Source: Fibrobacteria bacterium (lineage in GTDB: Bacteria > Fibrobacterota > Fibrobacteria > UBA11236). From it: 64,000 nucleotides of DNA. Below, in pieces: positions 49,101-57,720 of this stretch; the first letter of the stretch is position 1; each line of letters begins with the position of its first letter. The position numbers and the translations under genes were made by a program. The stretch covers positions 1 through 64,000 of the forward strand of contig JBGTHM010000067.1 of NCBI GenBank assembly GCA_041746255.1. The letters run 5' to 3'. The notes below the pieces were generated by a model that did no database searches, was not told the origin of the DNA, and worked only from the letters and a program-made list of their open reading frames with translations.

Positions 49101-50978
49101 ATGGTCGAAAAACCCGGAACTATTTTACCCGATAAAACTCCATGGGAGACTTTAAAGGGCTGCGCCGATTTTATTGGATTGAAACAATTGCTCAACGATT
49201 ACGGTGTTGATAACCTCACCCTCCAGCAAATCCAGACCCTGGGGCGCAGAATCCAGAAAATGGGCGGTAAAGACGTTCTCCGCATTGCCTTCATGGGAAA
49301 CTTCACCTTGGATTTGTTGCCGGCGGGCGTTACGGTACGTGGCGCTACCGCCGGATTGCAGGCCAAGCATTACCTGGGCGGATTCAACCAGTATTATCAG
49401 GAGATGCTGGATTCCGAATCCGGATTGCGGACTTTCGCCGCCGACTATATCGTATTGGCGCTGAGCCTCAGGCTGTTAGAGCCCGACCTCCATTATAATT
49501 ATGCGGGTTTGGATGAGAAGACCCGTGAGGAAAGGAAGGAGCGTGCCCTCCACCATATCCTCGATTGGGTTAAACTTTCGCTGGAAAACACCTCGGCCAC
49601 CTTATTGATAGCGAATTTTGCTCTGCCTATTCATTTGGCGGCCGGAATCGGAGACAAAAAACTTCCCGGTGACGAGACCACCTTCTACCACGACTTGAAC
49701 AAAAAGTTGGCCGAGGCTTTGCTGAACGAAGACCGCTGCTTTATCCTGGATATCGACAACCTCGCCGCCAATTTCGGCAGGAAAAAAGTTTGCGATCCCA
49801 AGCTGTTTTTTATGGCCAAAATGGAGTGGAGCGAACCCTTTATGGGGGAAGTTTCCCGTACCGTATGGAAATTCATTCAATCCATTCAGGGGCTCGGTAA
49901 AAAGTGTCTGGTCCTTGATCTCGACAACACCCTGTGGGGCGGAGTAGTGGGGGAGGATGGCGTCCTTGGCGTTAAAGTGGGTCAGGGAGATCCCACCGCC
50001 GAAGCTTTTTTGGAATTTCAGCACTGCATCAAAGGCCTTAAGGCCCGTGGAATTCTTCTGGCCCTTTGCAGCAAGAATAACTTGGCGGACGTAGAGGAGA
50101 TTTTTTCCCTAAGAACGGAAATGCCCCTGAAATGGAGCGACTTCTCCGCTGTCGCCGTCAATTGGGAGCCCAAACACGAGAATATCCGTCGGATTGCTTC
50201 CGAGCTGAATATCGGCACAGATAGTATGGTTTTTCTGGACGATAACCCGGCCGAATGCTCCCTGGTTCGGCAAATGCTTCCTGAAGTATTGACGGTGCTC
50301 CTGCCGGAAGACCCTGCGGCCTATGTCGATGTCTTATCGGAACTGGACGGATTGGAGCGCGCCGCCATCCTCGCCGACGACCTGCGCAAATCGGAACAAT
50401 ACGGTTTGCAAAAACAAAGAACCGTGCATCGCGCTTCCGTGACCGATATGGATGCTTATCTGCGCAGCCTGGAAACGGAGGTCACCATTCGTAGCGCAGC
50501 CAAGGAGGATTTGGCGAGAGTCCACCAGCTGTTCAATAAAACCAATCAATTCAACCTGACCACCAAACGGTATTCGCTGGGCGAAGTGGAAAGCTTTTTC
50601 ACCAGCGAAAAGCATGTGCTGGGAACAGTATCCGCCGGAGACCGCTTCGGCGACCTGGGACTTATCGGCGTGTTTTTACTGGAGTGGCGGGAAAATGGCG
50701 GTGTTCTGGACAGCTTGCTGATGAGCTGCCGGGCCATGGGTCGGGGGATTGAAAGCGCCATGATGAATCATGTCAAATCCCTCATGGAAAAAAATCCGGG
50801 CATGCGGCAATTGGAGGCCGTATATCTGCCCACGCCTAAAAACCAACCCGTGGAAAATTTCCTTGAAGGGCAAGGGTTTAAGGTGACGGAGGCCCGGGAC
50901 GACGGATCGAAACATTATCTTTTGGCCTATACGGAGATTCAAGCAATCGACTGCGCCTGGATCCGGCTGAAAAATTAA
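49101..50978 (+). CDS. fkbH: FkbH-like HAD-IIIC glyceryl transferase/phosphatase
   Basis: VLDLDNTLWGG, SKNN, FLDDNPAE, KTNQFNLTT, DRFGDLG, MSCRAMGR. Confidence 0.93.
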   Translation: MVEKPGTILPDKTPWETLKGCADFIGLKQLLNDYGVDNLTLQQIQTLGRRIQKMGGKDVLRIAFMGNFTLDLLPAGVTVRGATAGLQAKHYLGGFNQYYQEMLDSESGLRTFAADYIVLALSLRLLEPDLHYNYAGLDEKTREERKERALHHILDWVKLSLENTSATLLIANFALPIHLAAGIGDKKLPGDETTFYHDLNKKLAEALLNEDRCFILDIDNLAANFGRKKVCDPKLFFMAKMEWSEPFMGEVSRTVWKFIQSIQGLGKKCLVLDLDNTLWGGVVGEDGVLGVKVGQGDPTAEAFLEFQHCIKGLKARGILLALCSKNNLADVEEIFSLRTEMPLKWSDFSAVAVNWEPKHENIRRIASELNIGTDSMVFLDDNPAECSLVRQMLPEVLTVLLPEDPAAYVDVLSELDGLERAAILADDLRKSEQYGLQKQRTVHRASVTDMDAYLRSLETEVTIRSAAKEDLARVHQLFNKTNQFNLTTKRYSLGEVESFFTSEKHVLGTVSAGDRFGDLGLIGVFLLEWRENGGVLDSLLMSCRAMGRGIESAMMNHVKSLMEKNPGMRQLEAVYLPTPKNQPVENFLEGQGFKVTEARDDGSKHYLLAYTEIQAIDCAWIRLKN

Positions 50979-50986
50979 GGAATAGC

Positions 50987-51214
50987 ATGGAAGACGATAT
51001 CAAAGAAATCATGGCGGAGATTCTGGATGTGGACTCGGCGGACATTAACGAAAATTTCGGTCCGGAAAATACCGATAATTGGGACTCCTTGAGCAACCTC
51101 CGCTTGATTTCGGCCTTGGAAGAAAGGTTCTCCATTAAACTGACCATGCAGGAAATCGGTACCATGACCGATTTCCATCAGATCAAAAAGGTTGTTTCGG
51201 GTAAGGCGAAATGA
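50987..51214 (+). CDS. Acyl carrier protein
   Basis: 75 aa, acidic, WDSL phosphopantetheine site; AAGGA RBS. Confidence 0.9.
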   Translation: MEDDIKEIMAEILDVDSADINENFGPENTDNWDSLSNLRLISALEERFSIKLTMQEIGTMTDFHQIKKVVSGKAK

Positions 51215-51738
51215 CTTTACGGAAAATCTTCGCCCGGTTTTTCATGCCGGGTTCTCTAATCAGCTTGTATTACCTCCGAAAATTCGGATGTCAAATCAGC
51301 CCGCGGGCCGAAGTGGAATTGAGCCCGCTATTGACTATCGGCAAAAAAACCGCGATAAGCTCCTTCACCAAAATCAAAGCGACGGACGGACCCTTGAAAA
51401 TCGGCGCGCGCGTCCATATCGCCACCAGCTGTTTTATCGCCAGCCACTTCGGCGGCCTGCAAATCGGCGACGATTGCATGATCAGCCCCAACGTTTCCAT
51501 TATCGGCAACAACTATCGCTATGATGAATTGGAAACGCCGTTCATGCAGCAAGGGGTTACTTCCAAAGGCATTGTAATCGGCCGCAATGTCTGGATTGGC
51601 AGCGGAGCCTGCATTTTAGATGGAGCCCGTATCGGCAACAATGTGATTATCACCCCCAACTCCGTCGTCTCCGCCAAAGTGCCGGACAATACCATTCTCC
51701 AAGGCAATCCCGCGAAGGTGATCTTCACTCGGAGATAA
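51211..51738 (+). CDS. Hexapeptide-repeat (LbH) acyltransferase
   Basis: IGKKTAIS, IGARVHIA, IGDDCMIS, IGRNVWIG, GNPAK; ATGA-coupled to the ACP. Confidence 0.88.
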   Translation: MTLRKIFARFFMPGSLISLYYLRKFGCQISPRAEVELSPLLTIGKKTAISSFTKIKATDGPLKIGARVHIATSCFIASHFGGLQIGDDCMISPNVSIIGNNYRYDELETPFMQQGVTSKGIVIGRNVWIGSGACILDGARIGNNVIITPNSVVSAKVPDNTILQGNPAKVIFTRR

Positions 51739-51744
51739 GGCCTA

Positions 51745-52314
51745 ATGCCGTTGCCTATCGCCCATGCGGCCATTGCCGTTTGCCTGACCCGCATCATTCC
51801 GATGGGAAGCCAGATGGGATCCCCTTCCAGGCGACGCCTTTCAGTCTTGGCTTTGGGGTTTATCGCCGCGGTTTCCCCCGATTTCGATTTTATTCCCGGG
51901 CTTTTATCGGGCGAGACCAACCGGTTCCACCAAGGCCCCACGCATAGCCTCTTCGGAGCGGCCCTGTGCGGACTGCTCGTTTACCTTTTCTTTCTTCCCT
52001 TTCTAAAAGGTTTGCCGAAAATTGCCTTAATAATTTATGCCATGCTCGCAGCACTTTTCCATCCAGTGCTCGACCTTTTTTCCCGGGATACCCGGCCGCC
52101 TATTGGCGTTCCCCTTTTTTGGCCTTTTGCCGAGGGGCATGTCATCTCACCCTTTCCACTTTTCCGTTCGGTACATCGTTCGAGCGAAGCCGGAGAATTT
52201 TTCGCATCCTTGTTCTCCCTGCATAATTTCATGGCTGCGGGCCAGGAACTGATATTCGGCCTAATCCTAATCACCGCGACTTGGGCCTTCACAAAAAAGA
52301 GGAAGTCATCATGA
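51745..52314 (+). CDS. Membrane-bound metal-dependent hydrolase (YdjM-like)
   Basis: PIAH, PDFD, H-x-G-x-THS, HPVLD, GVPLFWP. Confidence 0.85.
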   Translation: MPLPIAHAAIAVCLTRIIPMGSQMGSPSRRRLSVLALGFIAAVSPDFDFIPGLLSGETNRFHQGPTHSLFGAALCGLLVYLFFLPFLKGLPKIALIIYAMLAALFHPVLDLFSRDTRPPIGVPLFWPFAEGHVISPFPLFRSVHRSSEAGEFFASLFSLHNFMAAGQELIFGLILITATWAFTKKRKSS

Positions 52315-53294
52315 AAGTGCTTGTTACCGGAGCCACGGGATTTACCGGAACAGCTCTGCTAAAACGACTGGTTTCGCAAGGTGCGACCGTACGCGCCATC
52401 GCCCGCTCCAGTTCCAACCTGAAACCCTTCGAAGGCATGCCTATCGAATGGATACGCGGAGACGTTTACGATCCGATTACGGTGACCCAGGCGATGGTCG
52501 GCATTGAATACGTATTTCATATCGCCGCGGCCTATCGAGAAGCCAAAATCTCCGACGACATTTATGCCAAGGTGCATGTGGAAAGCACCAAATTACTGGT
52601 CCGTGAGGCGATAAGGCAGCCCGCCTTCCAGAGATTCGTCCATGTCTCTACCATGGGAGTACATGGGCATGTGGAAAACCCTCCCGGAAATGAAAACTCT
52701 CCCTATAGCCCCGGCGATTTGTATCAAGAAACCAAGTTGGAAGCGGAGCTCTGGATTCGAAAATTTTCCGAAACCAACGGGCTTCCCCTGTCGGTGATAC
52801 GGCCTTGCGCCATTTATGGACCGGGCGATAAGCGGTTGCTGAAATTATTCAAAATGGCCAAGCGCCCCCTGGTCCCAATTCTTGGCTATACCAAGGGCCT
52901 GTACCATCTCATTCATGTCGAAGATTTGGTCGAATACATGCTGGAGGCCGCCATTTCTCCCAAAGCCCTGGGCGAAGTCTTTCTCTGCGGCAACCCGGAG
53001 CCCATGCGGCTGGTGGACTTAATCACCACCATCGGCAACGAATTGGGAAAAAGCCCTAAATTCGTACGCATCCCAGCCGCCCCATTTTTCGCCTTGGGGT
53101 ATTTATGCGAAAAAACCTTTCCTCTGTTCAATTTAGAGCCACCGATTTATCGGCGCAGAGTAGCCTTTTTTACCAAAGATCGTAGTTTCGACACCTCAAA
53201 ATTGATTAATACGCTCGGGTCCAAGTTCAAATACTCCAATCAGTCCGGTTTAGCCGCCACCGCCCGCTGGTACTTGGATAAGGGTTGGCTATAA
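52311..53294 (+). CDS. NAD-dependent epimerase/dehydratase (extended SDR)
   Basis: VTGATGFTG, HVST, YQETK, IYGPGD; ATGA-coupled. Confidence 0.9.
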   Translation: MKVLVTGATGFTGTALLKRLVSQGATVRAIARSSSNLKPFEGMPIEWIRGDVYDPITVTQAMVGIEYVFHIAAAYREAKISDDIYAKVHVESTKLLVREAIRQPAFQRFVHVSTMGVHGHVENPPGNENSPYSPGDLYQETKLEAELWIRKFSETNGLPLSVIRPCAIYGPGDKRLLKLFKMAKRPLVPILGYTKGLYHLIHVEDLVEYMLEAAISPKALGEVFLCGNPEPMRLVDLITTIGNELGKSPKFVRIPAAPFFALGYLCEKTFPLFNLEPPIYRRRVAFFTKDRSFDTSKLINTLGSKFKYSNQSGLAATARWYLDKGWL

Positions 53295-53333
53295 AGCTGA
53301 GACCATTTTTAGGGCGCAATTTGCGGTCAGACT

Positions 53334-53342
53334 TGATATAAT
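53334..53342 (+). promoter_or_regulatory. Candidate extended -10 promoter
   Basis: TGATATAAT about 60 nt upstream of ATG 53402. Confidence 0.4.
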
Positions 53343-53401
53343 GGATATTCGACGCTCTTGAATCGGACCAAGGGAAAAGGCCGCCCAAGCAGCAGGATTT
53401 T

Positions 53402-56221
53402 ATGCAGCAAGCTTCAAGAACTCATACCCAACTCCGGGTTTCACTTCCGCTGGTTGGGCTTTTGCTCCTTTCCCACCTGCAAGCGCAATCCCTCCATCAA
53501 CTCGTGGAAGAGCAAATGACTTGGCCCAACCACGGCCTTTCCAATCCCTTTTTACAGACTGAACTCGAATTGCAAATCCAAGCTCCTACGGGCCGCTCTC
53601 CCAATACTTTCCGGTTTTTCGGATTTCATGATGGCGACGGCAAGGGCGGGCAATCGGGAGACGTTTGGAAATTCCGGATTATGTTCGATGCCCCCGGTGA
53701 TTGGTCGATTACCGCTCGCTTCGTAAACCCCGCGACCGGCCAACCCATGACGGGCTCTCCCGCGGCCAAGCAATTCCAATATACCGTAAGCGCCACTCCC
53801 GCCGCCTCCAACCACGGTCATATTCGTATCGATCCCGATAATAATTCCCGATTTCGTCATAAGGATGGTACGCCTTTTGTACCCTTTCCCATCCATGCCT
53901 CCATGTTGCTGGAGCGTAGCCTCAGTATTTCCCAACAATGGATAGATGCCCACGCCGCATTGGGCGTTAATGCCTTGACGGTGCGGTTCCATAGCGAGGC
54001 CGGCCCCGCGTTGAGTGAAAACGGGTTTTACCATTTTCTAGGCAAGAACGGCTCGCGGATATTGAGATGGCCCGGATCCATAAATGATTTTGACTATACC
54101 CGCTACGATATTGCGGCCTGGACTCACAATGAAAAAGTCATTCAAATGGCCGAAGACAAAGGCATCAAGCTTTCCATTTGGTTCGGTATCAGCGGCATTA
54201 ACGAACAGTATTGGAGTTATGGTCCCAAGGATTTCACGGATAACGTTAAAGTCGGGCCACAACAAAAACAATTCATCCGCTACCTGCTGGCGCGATGGGC
54301 CGCCATGCCGACCTGGTGGCATTGGACGGTGGACAGTGAATATGAAGAAACCGGCGGTCAGGCGCTGGCTCGGAATCAAAATTACGCCGCGGCCCTTAAA
54401 GCCGAAAACCCCTGGTCCACTTTAGTCACCACCCATGTGCTATTGGATTGGACACCGAAGAACGCCCCCGAATTCGACTTCGTCACTCTGCAGCGCATGG
54501 TGCCCGATCAAAACAATTTGGTGGGAGCGGTGAAAAGCCTGGTCGAATTCAATTCGGGTTACGGAAAACCGGTTTATAATGCCGAAGGAGTTTGGTATTT
54601 GGCGAATGCCGATCGCACCCGCATCGCCTTGATGGCCCATATCATGGCCGGTGGATACGCGCATGTAGCCCATGGCCAATCCGAACACAAGGTTTCTTCC
54701 TGGGGTTCCGATTGGAATTTCGTGCAGGCCAGACACAAGGAAGACGCGAAAGTGGTGGGGAATCTGGCCCAGGCCTTCAATAAAATTCCGGCGCTGGAAA
54801 TCGGTTCGGCGCGCCCCTCCCATTCCCTGGTTTCGGAAGCTTCCGGTTTAGAGGCCTTCTGCCTGGCCGCCCCCTCGCAAACCTACCTGGTCTGGCTGCC
54901 CTCCGGCGGCCAAGCCTCTTTGGACTTGAAAGGCGTTAGCGGAGAATTTCAAGTTACCCGTTACCTGGGCAAGGATTTTCAGGATCAGAAAAATCTGGGA
55001 ACCGTCAATGCCGGGAGTATTATCCAATTGGAAGCCGCGCCCAAAATGGGTTTCGGAAACGACTACCTCTTCGTAATCCGTAATAAAGGCGCCCTGCAAT
55101 TGGGAATTTCTACGCCTCCGAAATTGACCGCTTATATAGGCAAGCCCTTTGTAGAAGTCTTGCAAGCCGCAGGAGGAATTGCTGCCCTGCAATGGAAATT
55201 GGAATCGGGCAACCTGCCGAACGGAATTTTGCTGGTCAACAATACCCTGACGGGGACCCCGCTTACACAAGGAGAAAGTACATTCGAACTGTCCGTAACT
55301 GACGGAAACAGCACGGCGAAAAGAAGCTTTACCCTCACCGTCGCCGCAGCTCCCGAGACCGACCCTCCGGTAATCAGCAATTTCACGGTGCAGAATATCT
55401 CCCTGTCCGGAGCCACCGTCGCTTGGACCACCAACGAACCCGCCTCCAGCCGGGTGCAATGGGGTAACGCCAAAGGTTCGTATACCGGCGAAAGCGGAGT
55501 CGTCGCCACCCGCCAAACCGCGCATGCCGTTCCCATAACCGGACCCTTTACCGCCGACCAACAAGTGTTCGTACTGATAATCACCTCCGATACCGTGGGA
55601 AATACCAGCACCTTCGAAGGCGATTTCCAGGTAAAAATCTCGGACCCCGGCCTTATCGTGAAAGCCTATCATGGCGGGGCGACCCCGCCTCAAATCGTCA
55701 AGGGCGGATTGACCGAGGGTGCGAACAGCGCCATGGACAGACAAGACACCTGGAAGAACGTCCCCAACGAATTGAAAAATCTTCCCTATTTAATGACATC
55801 GCGCGATGACAAGGCTCATGCTTTGGACGCCGACGGCATTATGTATGAAATCGAATCCGGCCTTCCCACGATTGTATTGGCACTGGTAGACGGCTCACCC
55901 GCGTGGTTGGAAAAAGACGGGTGGGAGGGGGTTGATTTACCGGGACCGAATACCCATGATACCGACTATAAAGTCTACCGGAAACAATTCGCAGCCGGGG
56001 TCATTCCCCTAAAACGGTGGAAAGCCGGCGAATCCCAGGGGACAAGTTATTTATTCCAATCCCTCGGAGGAGTCGGGTCCCTGAATGCTTCAAAATTCGA
56101 GCAATCGAAAGCCTTTTTTTTTCATGGCCTATCGAACGGTGCGTTCCTTTTCCGTCCCGCTCATCGGGATGGGGATGTTATTGACGCTGCTGGCCGGGTT
56201 CGGCGTATACCGCTTCGTTAA
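53402..56221 (+). CDS. Secreted DUF5060/DUF4038 (GH140 apiosidase-like) protein with collagen-binding-like, He_PIG Ig, FN3-like and unnamed modules
   Basis: Signal peptide; NPF...GFHDGDG...WKFR (DUF5060); F-x-x-x-DGTPF, YLLARW, EY, KPVYNAEG; SGNLPNG...LTGTP (Ig); WTTNEPASSRV. Confidence 0.72.
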   Translation: MQQASRTHTQLRVSLPLVGLLLLSHLQAQSLHQLVEEQMTWPNHGLSNPFLQTELELQIQAPTGRSPNTFRFFGFHDGDGKGGQSGDVWKFRIMFDAPGDWSITARFVNPATGQPMTGSPAAKQFQYTVSATPAASNHGHIRIDPDNNSRFRHKDGTPFVPFPIHASMLLERSLSISQQWIDAHAALGVNALTVRFHSEAGPALSENGFYHFLGKNGSRILRWPGSINDFDYTRYDIAAWTHNEKVIQMAEDKGIKLSIWFGISGINEQYWSYGPKDFTDNVKVGPQQKQFIRYLLARWAAMPTWWHWTVDSEYEETGGQALARNQNYAAALKAENPWSTLVTTHVLLDWTPKNAPEFDFVTLQRMVPDQNNLVGAVKSLVEFNSGYGKPVYNAEGVWYLANADRTRIALMAHIMAGGYAHVAHGQSEHKVSSWGSDWNFVQARHKEDAKVVGNLAQAFNKIPALEIGSARPSHSLVSEASGLEAFCLAAPSQTYLVWLPSGGQASLDLKGVSGEFQVTRYLGKDFQDQKNLGTVNAGSIIQLEAAPKMGFGNDYLFVIRNKGALQLGISTPPKLTAYIGKPFVEVLQAAGGIAALQWKLESGNLPNGILLVNNTLTGTPLTQGESTFELSVTDGNSTAKRSFTLTVAAAPETDPPVISNFTVQNISLSGATVAWTTNEPASSRVQWGNAKGSYTGESGVVATRQTAHAVPITGPFTADQQVFVLIITSDTVGNTSTFEGDFQVKISDPGLIVKAYHGGATPPQIVKGGLTEGANSAMDRQDTWKNVPNELKNLPYLMTSRDDKAHALDADGIMYEIESGLPTIVLALVDGSPAWLEKDGWEGVDLPGPNTHDTDYKVYRKQFAAGVIPLKRWKAGESQGTSYLFQSLGGVGSLNASKFEQSKAFFFHGLSNGAFLFRPAHRDGDVIDAAGRVRRIPLR

Positions 56222-57720
56222 GCGGAGAGAACCTCGCCCTTGAGAGTCTGCCTTACCCTTTGCATTTCTAATTGAAGGCGTTGCGGGTCCCAGGCAAACC
56301 TCTCGCCTACGGCCTCGATAATCGGTAAAACGCGAGCCGGATTATCTCCCAAGCTACAGCGCCTCAACAATAAATCATCCAGATGAAGAACCGATTCTTC
56401 CAAGCGAATCTGGTCCAGCGAATCCAGTACCTCGGACGGCGCCAGACTGCCTTCCCAATCGAGAGGAAATATGCCTCTCTTCCAATCGGGACTCCAGCAA
56501 GCATGAAATTCCGAATCCGACATTCTTGGGTGCCCGGGAAAGACCGAAGACAGTGCCTTATCCGCCACGGCACGTGCGGTGGTGAACTTGACTCCCGATA
56601 GGCTATACAGACCCTCCGGCCCACCGTGCCGGGAATGCTTGTAGAGAATATCTTCCTTACGTAATTCTCCCTTGGCGTTCCCAGGCACAACGCCGGCGAA
56701 TACCCGGAGGATGTCGGTTTTCTTCAGCTTTAATTCCGGCATTAATCCGTTGATATCCTGTATAAAATCACTCAACACGGCTGCTCCAGGCATTTTCACT
56801 CCCTGCCGCTCCGTCCAAGGCATCTGGCCCGTGCCAATCAGCATTTTGTCTTTCCAAGGATGAAGAAAGTAAGCGCCACCCGCCTTGGATTTCGAAAACA
56901 AGGCCAGGGCATGGCGGCTCGGCGGAAGTCTATCCACCAGAAGATTCCACATCAAAACCCCATCGGATGCAATTGCCTTGGATGCAGCATCGAACCTACG
57001 CGCTACCTCCCGGCACCACGGGCCCGCCGCGTTGATGATATGGCGGCCCTGAAAGGTATGAATCTCATCCTTTTCCACATCTCGCGCCCTTACCCGTAAC
57101 CCACCGGTATCGGAAAGGGACAACGACTCCGCCCGAACATAGTTCAAAGCGTTTCCACCCTGCGCGCATCCCCATCGCAGAGTCTCCATGAGAATGCGCT
57201 GATTTTCCAAGATGGAACCATCGTACCAAATAGCGCCGCCCTTTAATCCTGTACCTGAAATCCCCGGCGCCAAGCGCTGGGTTTCTTCCGCGGATACAAG
57301 CTTTCCATCCGGCAGCATCTGTCCGGCATCCAAACCCCGGTTACGGCCGGATGAGAGCAGGTTATTGAGCCCCAGCGCAACTTGGAATATCACCGGGCGC
57401 TTTAAACCTTCGCCATACAAAGGCATGAGACAGGGAAGCGGAGTGGTAAAGTTGGGATAAGTTTTTAGAAACCACTTTCTTTCCTGAACGGATTGCCGGA
57501 ATCGACCCAAATCAAGGCTTTGCAAATACCGCAAGCCGCCGTGCAAAATGCGATGGTGGTGGTAACTCGTTTCACCTCCAAAATCACCCTGTTCCAACAA
57601 AAGCCATCGCAGGTTCCGTCGCGAGGCCTCCATGCCCAGCATAATGCCGAATACTCCGCCCCCGACGATGACCAAGTCATGGCTTATGCGCGCTAGTTCT
57701 TGGGGATCCCGTCTGATCAT
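56218..57720 (-). CDS. FAD-dependent glycerol-3-phosphate dehydrogenase/oxidase-like protein
   Basis: IVGGGVFG, EQGDFGGETS, HGGLRYL, INAAGPW, GVKFTTAR, HLDDLLLRR; start 57720 ATGA-coupled. Confidence 0.85.
   Translation of the reverse strand: MIRRDPQELARISHDLVIVGGGVFGIMLGMEASRRNLRWLLLEQGDFGGETSYHHHRILHGGLRYLQSLDLGRFRQSVQERKWFLKTYPNFTTPLPCLMPLYGEGLKRPVIFQVALGLNNLLSSGRNRGLDAGQMLPDGKLVSAEETQRLAPGISGTGLKGGAIWYDGSILENQRILMETLRWGCAQGGNALNYVRAESLSLSDTGGLRVRARDVEKDEIHTFQGRHIINAAGPWCREVARRFDAASKAIASDGVLMWNLLVDRLPPSRHALALFSKSKAGGAYFLHPWKDKMLIGTGQMPWTERQGVKMPGAAVLSDFIQDINGLMPELKLKKTDILRVFAGVVPGNAKGELRKEDILYKHSRHGGPEGLYSLSGVKFTTARAVADKALSSVFPGHPRMSDSEFHACWSPDWKRGIFPLDWEGSLAPSEVLDSLDQIRLEESVLHLDDLLLRRCSLGDNPARVLPIIEAVGERFAWDPQRLQLEMQRVRQTLKGEVLSA

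Noticed and set aside
49101..51214. FkbH/ACP as evidence of a polyketide or NRPS cluster
   Set aside because: No ketosynthase, adenylation or condensation domains in the window; the context is glycan biosynthesis
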